Shown here in pieces: positions 36,321 to 50,900 of a DNA stretch of 64,000 nucleotides; position 1 is the stretch's first letter, and each line of letters starts with the position of its first letter. The notes below the pieces were generated by a model. It made no database searches. It saw only the letters and a program-made list of their open reading frames with translations, and had not been told where the DNA came from. The stretch is from assembly GCA_013265495.1 (NCBI GenBank), contig MU058433.1, forward strand, positions 160,820-224,819, read 5' to 3'. Both the position numbers and the translations under genes were made by a program. Source of the stretch: Vicugna vicugna. Its lineage: Eukaryota.

Positions 36321-39117
36321 AAATGAGTTTTAAGTAATGAATGAAATCCCTATTTTGCATGATGGAAATCTACCTGGATTTATAACTCAATCTAATCAGA
36401 GAGGAAATTATGAGTAGTCATGGGGAAAGACTTATTTTATCCATAATAAGGTAATAGTTGTTATCCCACTTATTTCTCAGAGCTCTTCTTTAAATGAAGC
36501 ACTCCCAAGTTATTATTACTTTTACATAGACGTGGAAATGAAACACTCCCAGAACAGTTAAGTATTTTGTAAGAGCACAAAGGAAGAGTTGAGTGGAACA
36601 AGGGATAAATTCCACTAGACATTGAAAGTACACTTTCCTGGTTGACTGGATGTGAGGTTGTATGAAGGGTTTTCCTGTTGGTGGAATAAGACTATACCAG
36701 GCTGGTTATCTATGATTTTCAGACTTATATGTACGTTGTGTTAGATATTTGCCCCACACAAGTAAATTACTAGCCTGTACTCTAAACAATGGGCTGAACA
36801 CAAAGTTAGTGATGATTCTCTACTGAGGGAAGATGGAGAGAACTGCCAAGCAAGACTAAACATTGCAGTAAATATCTAAAAAAAAGACCTCTTCCCACCT
36901 GAGAAGAATGGCAGCCACAGTGAAAAATTTTGCCAGGGTTTATTGTCTAAAGCTAGAAGCAGGCTCATTTCAACTCAATGGACATTTATTAATCATACAC
37001 TGTGAAATAAGCTTTTGCTAGGATTCAAAATAAAATGAAACAGTCCCTGCACAAGAAGTTTTAGGAGTTCTAGACTGGAGCTGGAGACATGGTAAATCTG
37101 ACACTTGCCAGAGTTATTTTTTAATCAAATTACTGATCAATCTAGATCAAACCCTGCTGAGACTCAGATATGCTACCATTCTAGATTCCAAAATTGCCAA
37201 ACCGCCATTAATATGAGCAGAAGTGTAAAAGTCCTAAGCTGGGAAGTATTAGTTTGGTTTAATTCTTGCTCATATCTTAGACTGACTTGGGGCCTTGGGA
37301 CCTGAGACCCATATGTCCCTCTGGTTCAGAGGTTCTCTGTTCTAACGTGTCTTGAATCCCTGGAGAGGACAAGGAAGTATATTTGCACTCCACTCCTCCA
37401 GGCACTGTGTTGGTTCTTCTCTACTGGAAGCATGATCCTATGTCCATCCCCTTTGTGGTTGTGTCTGTCCTTTCTGACCCCAGGACTACTTCTTTTGTTC
37501 TTTGGTCTTTTTTTTTTAATTGCTGTGTTTCTGCATTCTCTGGTTTTTACCCTTCCTTTGCAAAATGGTTCCAGGACCAGGACCTGCAAGGCATAAACCG
37601 GTGGTGAGCAACGTAGATCTATTAGGGAGTAAAGCTAGTAGCGGGTAGAGCTGATGAAAAATGAAGGTGGTGGAGAGGACAGAAGGAAATGGGGGGAAAG
37701 TGAGCTCCAGGAAATGAGAAAGGCTAAGATTAGAACTTTGAATATGGATTCTAAGAGGCAACGCTTACGGTAAGAGAATGGCATGAAAGAGAAGTGCCTG
37801 TTAGGAGCTTAACGGAGCTTCTCCCATTGCTTTCCCTAAAATGTTTCTAGGTTCTTCTGAAAGTCAAAATGCTAATTGCTAAGGATGTAAAACAATTTAA
37901 AGAGAATCAATGGTCATGATAGACTTAGGACTGGCCATACCATACTAGGGCCAGCCACCTGGAGATTAAAATTTGACATGCCACCTCAGAAAGTTTTAGG
38001 TTATCTTATATGCGTAAGCATGAGTTTGTACTTGTGAGCGCATTTACGAATGAGTGTCTTGTTCTTCTTTTGGAATAACGGAGCAAGCACTAAGATGCCT
38101 ACACATCCTATACACCATGAAGGGGCACAAATAAATACAAAATGGAGTTAAACAGTTGCTTTCTAGAATGGGTCTTAAACAGTCCTTCTGTGATTCATGG
38201 ATATGCCTTTCCCTAAAAGGAGTAGAGGGGAAGTCTTCACATGGGCACACTTAGCATAAAGTGAGAAATAAGGACAAGGTATGGATTGTAATATTTCGTG
38301 ATCAAGACACTGCAGAAGGACCCATCCCATGTTTAGTTTAGTGCTGGCAGAGACAGAGCACGTGGAGACAAAGGATGTGTCACTGCCTAACCTTGGGAGA
38401 GAGGAGAAAAATGCTCAGCAATCAATCAGAAAATGCATGTGACCAACCAAGAAAGTGATAGAAGTTTGCTATATAGATAGATTAGATTATAAATGTATTG
38501 AAGAGCTAAAAAGGAGAATCTCTTGGAATGTACAGATTGAAAAGAACGTGATGGGGATTATAGATCTGGTGAGGAAAGATCTTCTGTAAGGACTTCCAAG
38601 AATAAACACTATCTTCCTACCATGGTAACTTATCCAAGTCTATTAAAAATTCAATTGCTGCATTCAGTCCTTTATCTATTTACTTGTCAAACATTATTTT
38701 TGACCTAGTATATATAAAGAAGGGATGCTGGATATAGAGAAAAAAAAGGGACTCAGAAATTTCCCAGTGTAGTGGGGCAAGAGGCATACACATAATTATA
38801 AAACAAGTTTATACTTCCTAAGGGAGTTAAGATAAAGCTGTATCATTCTCTTACTGTAGCAGAAGGGATTCATGGAGGGATATGTACTCATGTGAGTTTT
38901 GAACGACTATTAACTACTTGTCAGGGACCAAATGGGAATATCCATTCTGTGCAAAAAAGCACCATAAGTCATGCAGGTGTGTTAAACATGCTTTTAGACA
39001 TTTCAAAACACTTAGACATGATTGTACCATGCAGTATATGGTGCAGTGTGTTGGTCAATAATGCTAAATATGTGGGCAAAAGCAAGAAGAGTTTTGCATG
39101 CTTTCATACCAAAATCC

Positions 39118-39533
39118 TAGAGGGAAACAGAGTGTGCCAGAATTAGGGAATTTCAGGATAGTGTAATATGGAAACCACTTTCAAAGGTGTGGGTAAATGT
39201 AAGAAAATATCGGGTGCTTATGAAGTTCCTGGATTAGTGACAGCAGTTACTGTCACAACCCCTGGACTAAAAGGACAAGAGGAGAATACGGTTAGAAGAG
39301 AAACCCAGAACCAGAGAAAGCTGCTTGCAGAGACATGCAGCCAGTTTGCAGCAACCCTGCTGGGAGGGAGCTGGAGGAATAAACCCATGACCTCCCTCCA
39401 GTCTCCTGCTGGTGTTTCTCATTGCCAGATACAACCAGAAGTGAGAGGGCAGGGGAGTCTGTCCCAGGGCCCAGAACAAGATGGGAAGCCGTGGAGGGTA
39501 GACCAGAGGAAGATAACACAAGATATTCTGCAC
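39118..39533 (-). mobile_element. Old ERVL-type LTR (LTR33/LTR16-like)
   Basis: caaaggtgtggg, tctcctgctggtgtttctcattg, aaccagaagtgagagggcagggga motifs. Confidence 0.5.
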
Positions 39534-39835
39534 AGCATACACTAAGAAAGGTTATATTGGTATTAAGTTGATGATTTTCACATGTTAGAATATTAGGTAG
39601 CAATGCAGAGGTTTCACTAGAAGATGGAAATCCTAGAAGTGGGCATATGATTTACAAGCTATTTTAATAACCCAAGAAAGAAATGAGAAAGGCATGCTGT
39701 AGAATAGAATTGGTGAAAATGGAAAAGAGGCAGGAAATTAAATGGATTTTTAGGAGGAATAAATGGCATCTGGGTGCACTTTATTTCATTTTCTAACAAT
39801 TTTTGTTAAGATAAAGGCTGGTTCTCTGCATCATT

Positions 39836-40786
39836 ATGCTTTCTGCATCCATCTCCAATGACACTGCCTTCCATCCATCCACATTTATTCTACTTGGAAT
39901 CCCTGGTATGCAAGACCAGCACCTTTGGGCTGCCATCCCCTTCTGCTCCATGTACATCCTTGCTCTGGTTGGCAACGGCACCATCCTCTACACCATCGTG
40001 AAGGAGAGAGCTCTGCACGAGCCAATGTACCTCTTCCTGTGTTTACTGTCCCTCACGGACCTGGTGCTCTGTTCAACTACGTTGCCCAAAATGTTAACAA
40101 TCTTCTGGTTTAAGTCCCACAAAATTTCCTACCATGGATGCCTCACCCAAATGTTTTTTGTTCATACAGTCTTTGCCACGGAATCCGCTGTTCTGCTGGC
40201 CATGGCTTTGGACCGCTATGTGGCCATCTGCCGTCCACTTCATTATACATCCATCCTCAGTGCCATGGTGATTGGGAAGATTGGCCTGGCATGTGTGATC
40301 CGTGGCCTTCTCTTTGTGTTCCCCTTTGTCATTCTCATTGAACGCTTACCTTTCTGTGGACATCACGTCATCCCCCACACCTACTGTGAGCACATGGGCA
40401 TTGCCAGGCTGTCCTGTGCCAGCATCAAGCCCAACACCATTTATGGTCTCACCGTGGCACTCTCAGTCACTGGCATGGATGTGGTCCTCATCGCCACCTC
40501 CTACGGCCTGATCCTGCGGGCCATGCTGCACCTGCCCTCAAAGGATGCCCAATTCCGAGCATTTAGCACTTGTGGAGCCCACATTTGTGTGATTCTTGTA
40601 TTCTATGTACCTGCTTTTTTTTCCTTTTTCACTCACCGCTTCGGTCACCGAGTACCTCCTCATGTCCACATTGTACTCACAAATCTCTATCTCCTCTTAC
40701 CCCCTGTTCTCAACCCCTTGGTCTACGGCGTCAACACTAGACAGATCCGCCTGAGAATATTGGACTTTTTTACGGGGAGGAGGTAG
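39836..40786 (+). CDS. Intact class I olfactory receptor, OR52 family (OR52D-like), 316 aa
   Basis: Single-exon 7TM ORF: LLGIPG, LHEPMY, MALDRYVAIC, HTYCEHMG, RAFSTCGAH, PPVLNPLVYG. Confidence 0.95.
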   Translation: MLSASISNDTAFHPSTFILLGIPGMQDQHLWAAIPFCSMYILALVGNGTILYTIVKERALHEPMYLFLCLLSLTDLVLCSTTLPKMLTIFWFKSHKISYHGCLTQMFFVHTVFATESAVLLAMALDRYVAICRPLHYTSILSAMVIGKIGLACVIRGLLFVFPFVILIERLPFCGHHVIPHTYCEHMGIARLSCASIKPNTIYGLTVALSVTGMDVVLIATSYGLILRAMLHLPSKDAQFRAFSTCGAHICVILVFYVPAFFSFFTHRFGHRVPPHVHIVLTNLYLLLPPVLNPLVYGVNTRQIRLRILDFFTGRR

Positions 40787-41599
40787 TTTACTCTCTCCAC
40801 ACCCTAAGGACGAACGGGGCAAAATTATAGTTAATTTTCTACTTTCTCAAGTACCTCTTATCCTTGGACTAGAGGTGCTGTTTCTGCTAATCTTAACAAG
40901 CCAGTACTGTTTATTATCTGAGAGTTTCTGAGGTGTTTAGAACAACATTTATACCTGCTAAATACATAGAACACTATTTTCCTGCAAAGCTATTCGTGAC
41001 CTTTAATGGCCCTGTGGGTCTTGACTCTCCCCAGGGAAAGGTCAGGAGGCAATGTAGTACATTTGATGGTAAGAACCATGGAGAGATATTCTCTTTATGT
41101 ACAAAAATTCCATGTGCTGGAAGTAGAGGAAAAGTGGTCAAAAAAGAACTATTTACTTATAGCCTCAGGAAATTGAGAATAACACAAACAAACACACACA
41201 CATTGATTGATTGACTGATTTCTCACACTTTCTTAGACCAAGAGTATTTATTTGCAATAAGAGTGTTAGCCTTTGGCCAGAGACAGTATGAGAGCTCAGG
41301 GTCCTCTGGATCTGGGATTAGATTCGAAATAGATGAAGGTGACTGCTGGGTGACTTACTGTGAAGTCTGGAAGCACATATGTCAATGGGGAAGCCATGGC
41401 ACAAGTTTCTCAACAAATTTCTTCAAAATGACACTTCGTAGCTAATATATTCACTTTAGAGCCACTGATTATCTTTACGTTTTTCCTGATACCGTCAGTG
41501 TGATAAACCTTACATGCAGATTATTTTGTGAGCCAATATAAATACATCCTGACTCTTTCTTTTTCTCATTTAGTCACTATTTTGAGTATAAAAGAATCT

Positions 41600-42400
41600 C
41601 CAAGACACAGAGTTTCCTGCTAATGTTATGCAAATTGACATAATAGAACAATGAAAAGATAGAGGTTTAAGATCACAAAAGAAAAAAGATATTATTGTTA
41701 ATCATTATTAACAAATGACATGATCTTTCTATAGAGAAAACTCATAAGACTCAAGATAGACTTTTTTAGGACTAATGATATTTCAAGAAATTTGCTGAAC
41801 TCGAAGTAAAAAAACAAAACCCCAAACGAATTAATTGCATTTTTATATAAAGACACCATTAGAAATAAATATTTTAAAAGTTATAACAGTAGCAACAAAA
41901 TCTATGGTACTTACAGTTAATTTAACAGAAATGTACATGGCATCTATGTTAAACAATTAATAAATTAATTGAAAGATTTTTAAAGATCAAAATATTAAGA
42001 TATATATTACAAAGTTCATGGATATAAAAATGGTAGAAAAATAGGAAAAGTGGAAATAGTGAAAGATAAGAACATACACTTATCAGAAGATATATGGACA
42101 ATCAATTTATAAAACAAACCTCAACCATGGGAGTACTAAGGAAAATGCAATAAAAACCACTTTTACACCCCTCACATTGGCATATTTAGAACAAAACTCA
42201 GATAATAGTAAAAATTAGTGAGGATATAGAGAAATATGAATACCTATTCACTGCTAATGGGAAACTAAATGAGCATCAACCACTTGCAAGATCAATTTAT
42301 AATTATTTGGCCAAGTTAAAGATATGCATACCTCACAAACCAGAAACGCCATGCCTCAGTGTCATCCCTCGAGGCCACCCTGCACGAGTGAACAAGATAA
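41600..42400 (+). mobile_element. Ancient L1M fragments
   Basis: aaatgacatgat..tatagagaaaa; attaattgcatttttatat; gtgaggatatagagaaat. Confidence 0.6.
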
Positions 42401-44837
42401 CCTTGTGTGAGAACATTAGGGTAAGCTCCCCTCTGTTTTATCATTATTATCTTTAGATGTTTGTTTATACGGATGAATTTCAGAATCATTTTGGCAAGAT
42501 TTCAAGCAAAACAAATCATTGAAATTTCCTTGGATTTTTCAAGAATTTATAAATGTATTTAAGGAGAAGGTATAGCCTTCAAACATAGTGATACTTTAGG
42601 TTTCTATATACACAGGAAAACAAAAGTATGTAAGATCTTATGAATTGGATACATACTTATCTCATATTGAAATGACATTATTTATTTGCTTCTTCATTCA
42701 TTTATCCATTTAATTGACACATATATATGCCCACTGTGTGCATACACGATGCTAATGATAGGGACACAGGATCTGGGGAGAAATGAGACTGGGGCTCTTG
42801 TCCCAGAGTAGTGTAATTATCCACAGGTTAAAGTTAGAAGTTTTGACTGATAATGGACGATCCTTGATAGAACTTGGGGCATATTCTGCAAGAAAAGTTT
42901 CTTTATCAGTTGTATTCAGGTATTTGACAGTACTAAAGATATAATAATGGGAGCAAGGCTGGGAAGAAATGATTATGTTGGTTTGCTGCCTGTCATTAGA
43001 ACCCCTCAGGGCCACCGTGGGACAGAGGGGAAAAAGAATGACTGAGCCCAGGACTTGTGCATGTTATTAGGGGAAGCTGTGTGGATGTGTCCAGGAGCAG
43101 GTGCATCTGTGTTTGCCTGTTTATGTTGATGTACTTTTTATACTGATGTTAATTGACCAGGCACGTTTATTTTGTCATTCACATTCCTCTGTCACTGTTT
43201 CACTCTTACTGACCCCTGACTCTGAACAGTCTCCCTACAGAGCCTGTCTGGAGGCAGAACACACTACATCAGAAGTTAGAATCTGGCTCTCTGAGTCACT
43301 TCGGTTTGGTCTTCGCAAGACTTTGTGATTTGTCTTGTGCATTTGGCAACATGCTTTTTGACAAACTTTGATACCTTGCTTCCTCTAGACTAATGAGTAA
43401 AGAAATATGGTCACATCTGGACCCAAAGGTTGAGAGGATGCTGGGACATGAGAGGCTATGGGTGCTGAGTGAGGGGTTGAGTATTGAAGAAAATGTCCCG
43501 GTGAGTGTCTGGAGCTACACTATTAGCCTGAGAAAAAGTTAGAGTAAAAGTCAGAAAGAGGCTAGGGCTAGATCAAACTGGAGGCTGCTAACACTATTTC
43601 ACCAGCGTTTCCATCAACAGGGATTATACTTCTGACCACTTCACAACCCTGAATACCGCAGCCACGGACGAAAGCCCTCCCTGGCTGTCACATGCACATA
43701 TGTATGGGAAGGAGGGCCTTTGGGATACCCAAATTGCCAAACCCTAACCTAGTTCCAGACTCAGCTTTTAGCTTCAACTCCCCCCCTCTCAGGCTTCTAG
43801 GCATGGTAAGCACTGGAACATTCCCACCATCCCTAAAGTCAATCAGCATTATCTCCTGGGAACTCAGGGCAACCTCCAAGGTCAATCTTATGCATAATAG
43901 TTGTGGTACCTGGTGTGTGTGTGTGTTTCAGGAATGAAGGAGTAACAGAGAGCTAATTCTGGGCACCCTGGGGGCCTTTACCGAGGTTACTTAAAGAGCC
44001 ACGATTCTAGGTGCCTGAGAGTGAGGAGTGGAGAGATGCAGGGCCAGGAGTGTGCCTTTCAAGAGCCACATGGATGCTTGTTAAGATATGCCTTCATACA
44101 TGTGTATAAACTCATACACACATATCTGAAGGTGTGTGGGGCTAGCTTTGCACTCTCTCATTGCCTCACATTCAGGTAGGTGATTCTAGGCTTTATATTC
44201 ACATTCTGGTTGCTTCTTCCCTGAGCTTCAGGTGACCAGAACCCCATTGCCTACTTCATTCTTAATCATTATTATACAGTTCTCATCATAAAGGTCTCCA
44301 TAATTCCCAAATCTGCAGTAGATATGCACTCTTTAGGTGTTGGATAAGAATTCTACTGTAAGTTTTTAAACCCTCATATTTTGTAAACAGTCTATTTTCT
44401 GACCTAGCTGACCTCTTGTTTGCTGAGAAAGGTATGTGATTTTTTTTGTCTATTTCTCTTTGTATTTCTCCCCATTTTTGTTTCACATACTTTGAGTTAT
44501 AGTCTCTAAGTGGCTACGATTTCAAAAATAACATAATTTATTCTTGTAAACTTAATGGCGTTTTGTTAACGAATAATGAATCAATTTGTCCCTAATAAAA
44601 CACTTACAATGAAATATATTCTCTCAGATATCAATGTTGTTGTGCCGTATTATTACCACTCTAATACTACAGCATAGTACTACACTAAATGATACACATT
44701 ATCATGCTTTCAGAATCATTTTCATGTATCTTAATATTACAACTTTTGTTTCTACTCTGAAAATTTAAATTCTTTTTAAATTGAGGCTCGTATAGTTTCT
44801 TGATTTCTCTTCCAAGGTGCTTCACCAGGGTGTCACC

Positions 44838-45815
44838 ATGACGGATTGCAACGCCTCCCAGGGCCATCCCTCTTTCTTCCTTCTCCAAGGTATTCCTGGG
44901 ATGGAGGACAAACACAGATGGATCTCTATTCCCTTCTCATCCATGTACTTCATCACCATCCTCGGGAACTGCACCATCATCTTCACCATCTCCGCAGAGC
45001 GCTCCCTGCACAAGCCCATGTTCCTGTTGCTCTGCATGCTGGCCCTCACTGACCTGGGCATGTCCACAACCACCATTCCCAAGGCACTGTGCATCTTCTG
45101 ATTTGGCCAGAGTGAGATCAGCTATGAGGGATGCCTGGTCCAGCTCTTCTTCATCCACTCCATCTCTGCCTTGCAGTCCTCCATCCTCATGTCCATGGCC
45201 TTTGACCGCTATGTGGCCATCTGTGAGCCCCTGCGCTATGCCACCATCCTTTCCAACAGCCGCATTGGGCTCATTGGCCTAGTGAGTTTAGGGAGAGCTA
45301 TCCTGTTCATCCTCCCCATGCCCATCCTCCTCCAGCAGATGCCCTTTCATGCCAAGCATGTCATCCCCACCACCTACTGTGAACACATGGCTGTGGTGAA
45401 GATGGTGTGTGTGGACACCACAGTCAATAGGATGTATGGTCTGGTGGTGGCCTTTTTGGTTGCTGGGGTAGACATCTCAGCTATTGCCTCATCTTATGTA
45501 CTGATCATCCGGGCTGTAATGCGGCTGTCTTCTAAGGAAGCCCACCAAAAAGCAGTAAGCACGTGCACCACACACATCTGTGTCATGCTGATCTCTTACA
45601 CTCCCTCACTGTTTTCTTTTCTCACTCACCGCTTTGGCCGGGGAATTCCACCCCATATCCACACCATGCTCGGCAGCCTCTACTTCCTTGTGCCTCCAAT
45701 GCTCAATCCTATTATTTATGCAGTGAAAACCAAGGAGTTTCGGGACAAATTGACCAAATATAGGGGCTGGAGGAAGGAGACCACAACCACGGCCCATGGT
45801 CAGAAAGCCCTCTGA
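44838..45815 (+). pseudogene. Olfactory receptor OR52U1-like with a single nonsense codon (TGA 45099-45101)
   Basis: MTDCNASQGHPSFFLLQGIPG...ALCIF*FGQ...MAFDRYVAIC...PPMLNPIIY all in one frame. Confidence 0.9.
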
Positions 45816-47924
45816 TCATCCGACTCTGGTGGGGAGAAGAAAAAAAAAGTTAAGTGGACGCTGTTCCAGGGGGAATTGGCTAGTGAGAAAAATATGTCAT
45901 ATTGACAAATTAGCTGCCAAAACTCTTAGACAGGCTAAGACACAGGAGAACTTCTTGCTCTCGCTAATTCTAAAGCAAAGCTATTAGTCCCAATGAAACG
46001 AAAATAATAACATATTCCCTCCCTTCTGACATGGTAGTTGGGAAAATTGTGTATGATAATATGGATACAAAAGAACTTCTCACAACACACGCTGAATGCA
46101 AGTAAAATGAGGTGGAACGTTTCCACATGGCGAGAACATAAGCACAAACAACAACTTACCCACTGCTTTGCCAAGGCGAGGCTGTGGTGTGTGTAGGTGT
46201 GGGTGTGTATGTACTTGCGTCTTTAAGGGGAAATGAGAGGTTAAGAGTGACTGGGTGGGGGGCAGTGGGAAGGGACAGGGAAAGTACAAAATAATATTTA
46301 GAGTCACTCATTTATTATCCCTGCGGCAGAAGCCTTATATTTGGAGTACAGGACCAGGGGAATATGAACAAGAGACGCAATCTCCAATTGTCAGAGAAAT
46401 TCCACTGAAAAGGGAAAAATGGAAAACTCCTAAGCTTAAAAGTTTGATCTGCATTTTAATTCCACATTTAAAAAAATTCCTAGACTCAACTCCCTTGCTT
46501 GTCTCAGCTAATTCCAGGGTCTCACAATCATCTTTTAGAGAGAAAATTTTGAGAATGCTCTGTTAATGATTCTAGTTATAAAAGTCAGTTTGATATTGAA
46601 ATCTTTGACTGCCTGCCTCTGAAAGGCAGTTCCTCTGGGAACGTAGGAGAAATCATGAACAAGGACTTGGACAGTTTATGGAGCACAGATCTGGTGCCCA
46701 AATACAGGAATTCATTAAATTCAGAAGATATTTTTTCTATCACTTCTAGACAATGATGGTGGGTATAGTGCAAATATTTCAAGATGTATGAAGACTGAAG
46801 GCTGAAAATCCTAGAGTTGTCACAGTGAAAAAGATACATGGCCACCCTTAGACCTACATGGCCACCATTTAAAAGAGACTCAAAATACTTAGAGAGAAAT
46901 AAATGATACTTTTGCAGAGTGTAGAATAATATAATAATAAATAATAATAAAGATTTCCAGTACATTGAATAATTCATTAACAAGAGCTGTGAAAGATGAG
47001 ATATTTCAAAGCTTGAAATAATGGCCACAACCTTCAGGAGAAAAAAAGAAATGGAAGTTTAACTAGGAAGTGCCTCTTCTATAAACAGAGTCCGAAGGAT
47101 TAGGGAGAACAGGCAAGAGTAGTAAGAGTTAGGGAATGTTGTACTTCCTATCTGACGCTACAAACATGTAGATTAAAAAACACAAAAATTACTCAGAATA
47201 ATGCTTTATGATTAATCATTTAATTGACAAACAAGTAGCAGATTTTGAAAGGGCCTGAAGCACTTATTAGCCTGAGGAACTGTGATCACAAAAGTTAATT
47301 TTGCAGAAACCTGAGAGTGACTTTTTTTTAATCTGATTTTAATGGGATTGAGGTACAGAAGCAGAGATCTGCATACTATAAAATATTATTTCCCTCTCTT
47401 ATCTATTTTATTTGCCTTTTGTGCTTTACACACTCTAAGCAGAAAAAAATCATGTGAAACCAGGTGAGTTACTTGGATACGCTTTTGCCCCATTATAAAC
47501 AAACGTGCAGTAATCCTGAAATGAGAAGGATGTGATTATCAAATGTTCACACATTTCAGGAATAAACTTTTGGGTCACACAACTGTGTAAGCCACAATAC
47601 TTGCTTCGGTGATTGCTAATGGTGAGGAAATTTTAAATGTAGAATGGAGGTGGGCAAAGATGAATATTAGCTGCTTCCCTGAGAGCCACTGCAGAGGCAG
47701 TGGCTAGAGTTCATTCCATTTAGCCCTTTCTTCTGAGATTTCCCTCAGGCAAAAGGCCTTTGGGAACCGTGTGGAAGCAGCTTCCTGAACCCATGTAGAG
47801 AAGCAGACCTGTGTTGTACCAAGGATGGGGCGTGTCAGCCAGGAGACAGTGGCTCACAGACTTTGTACTGCAGCGAGTCTAGCTGACTGAGGGGCCAAGC
47901 TGCTTGCCAAGGCCTGACCTACCA

Positions 47925-50900
47925 CTGATCTTTTTTCTTTTCTTTTTTTTTCTTATTTTTAGTTTCTATTTCATTTATTTTTTCTCTGATCTGATTGTTT
48001 CCTTCCTTCTATTAACTTTGAGTTTTGTTTGTTCTTCTCTTTCTAGTTCCTTCAGGTATAAGTTCGGCTTATTTGAGATTTTTGATGTAGGCCTGTATCG
48101 ATCTCTTAAAAATGCTTTTGTTGCATTCTCTAGACTTTGGAACATTGTTTTTCCGTTTTCATTTGTCTCAAGGTATTTCTTATTTCCTCTTTGATTTATT
48201 CAGTGACCCATTAGATGTTTACTAGCATGTTGTTTCCCCTTCATTATGTTTGCATTTTTTCCGTGTTTTTTCTTGGAGTTGGTATCTAGTCTCATATCAT
48301 TATGGTCAGAAATGATGCTGTATATAATTTCAGTTTTCTTAAATGTATTGAGGCTTGTTTTGTGACCTAATATGTGATCTATCCTAGACAATGGTTTCAT
48401 GTGCACTTGAAAAGAATGTGTATTCTGTTGTTTGGGTGTGGAATGTTCTTGTATATCTATTAAGTTCATTGATCTAATGTGTCATTGAAGGCTGGTGTTT
48501 CCTTCTTGATTTTTTGTCTGGATGATCTGTCCATTAATGTAAGTGGAGTATTAAAGTCCCCTACTATTATTGTATTACTATCAATTTCTCCCGTTATGCC
48601 TGTTAATATTTGATTTACATATTAGCTGCCCCTGTGTTGGATTCACATGTATTTACAAGTTTCATGTTCTCTTTTTGGATTGATCCTTTTGTCATTATGG
48701 AATGCTCTTCTTTGTCACTTGTTATAGTCTTTGTTTTAAAGTCTATTTTGTCTGATATAAGTATTGTTACCCCAGCTTTCTTTTTGTTTCTATTTGCATG
48801 AAATATTTTTTTCATCCCTACTCTCAGTCTACGTCTTTATTTTATTTTATTTTTTTAACATTTTTTTATTGAGTTACAGTCACTTTACAATGCTGTGTCA
48901 AATTCCAGTGTAGAGTACAATTTTTCAGTTACACATGAAGTCTGTGCCTTTAAATCTGAAATGAGTCTCTTGTTGGGCAGCATATAGATAGGTCTTGTTT
49001 TTTTTTATCCATGTAAGGCATCTTGTGTTTTTTAACTGAAGCATTTAGTCTGTTTACATTTAAAGTAATTATTGATAGGTGTATATACTTACTGTCAGTT
49101 TGTTAATTGCTTTCTGGTTATTTTTGTTCTTTTCTGTTTTTTTTTCTTCTTTTGTTCTCTTTTCTTGTGATTTGATAACTTTCTTTAGTGTTTTGTTTGC
49201 ATTTCTTTCTTTTTATTTTTTATGTATCTATTATCAGTTTTTGGTTTGCAGTTACTATGAGGCTTTTATATAACAATCTATGCATATAATAGTCTAAATT
49301 GATAGTCACTTAAGTTGAAGTGGATTCTAAAAACACTACATTTTTTACCCTCCCCCCACATTTTATGGTTTTGACATTATAGTTTACATTTTTTATTTTG
49401 TATATCCCTTAACTAATTATTATAGACACATGTGCTTTTACTTGTTTTGTCTTTTAACCTTTATACTAGCTATATAGGGTGTTGAGCCACTGCCTTTGCT
49501 CTATATTTGCTTTTACTGGTGAGATTTCTTTTTTCTTTTGTAATTTTTATATTTCTGGTTATGATCTTTTTTTCCATTAAAGAACTTCCTTTAACATTTC
49601 TTGTAAGGTTGATTTATTGGTAATAAACTCCTTTAGCTTTTGCCTGTCTTGTTAACTGTTTATCTCTACTTCAATTCTGAATGATAACTTGCCAGACAGA
49701 GTAGTCTTGATTGCAAGGGGTTTTTTTTTTCTTTCTTTCTTTCTTTAAGTACTTTGAATATGTTCTGCTACTCTCTTCTGGCCTGCAAAGTTTCTGCTGA
49801 AAAGTCAGCTGATATTCTATGGGCTCTCCTATATGTAACTAGTTGTTTTTCCCTTGTTAATTTTAAGATTTTCCTCTTTAACTCTTGACATTTTAATTAT
49901 AATGTGTCTTGGTGTGAGTCTGTTTGGATTTATCTTGTTTGGGACTCTCTGTGCTTCCTAGACTTAAATATGTTTGTTTTATCAGGTTAGGGAAGTTTCA
50001 GCCATTATTTTCTTCAGATAGATTTTGTCTCTTTCTCTTCCTTCTTCTCTGGTCTCCCTATAGTGTGAATGTTAGTATGCTTGATGTTGTCCTAGAAGTC
50101 TCTTAAGTTATCCACTTTATTTTATTTGTTTCTTTTTTCTTTCTGCTATTCCAGTTGAGTAATTTCCACTAATCCGTCTTCCAGATTGCTGATTCATCCC
50201 TCTGCATCATTTTATCTGCTGTTGAGTCCCTCTAGTGTATTTATAATTTATTGTATTCTTTAGCTCTGATTGTTTCTTTTTTAATATTGTCTATTTCTTT
50301 GTTAAAGTTCTTCTCACTGTGTTCCTTTATTCTCCTGATTTTGGTGAGCACCTTAATGACTATTACTGTTAACTCTTTATCTGGAAAATTGTTTATCTTC
50401 ATTTTATTTAGTTCTTATTTGAGGTTTTATTGTATTCTTTTGTTTGGAAGGTACTCTTTGTCATCTTATTTTCTCTAACTCTCTGTGTTTGGTTTTCTGT
50501 ATTAGGTAGATCAGCTGCATCTCCCAGTCTTGAAAGAGTAGCTTTGGTGCCTTGTGGGGTCCAATGACATGATTTCCCCTGGATACTACAGCCAGATGCT
50601 CAAGGAATGCACCTGTTGTGGGCTGTATGTGTCCTCCTGCTGTGGCTGGGCCATGATTGCTGTGGGCATGCTAGTGTGCAGGGCTGGTCCCTGGTGTGGT
50701 TGGCTGTAAGCCCTGGCTGAAAGTGTTGTGGGCACTCTGGTGTGTGGGGACAGCCCCCAGGGCAGAAGCCACTTTGGGGATGCTAGTACTGGCCAAGGGT
50801 GCCTTCTGGGACTGGCAAAGTAAGGGGACAGTTTAGAGGGGCTCCAGTGCCAGCTGAGGGCACCTGCTAAGTCTTTTGGGGTAGGTGGCCACCTTGAAGG

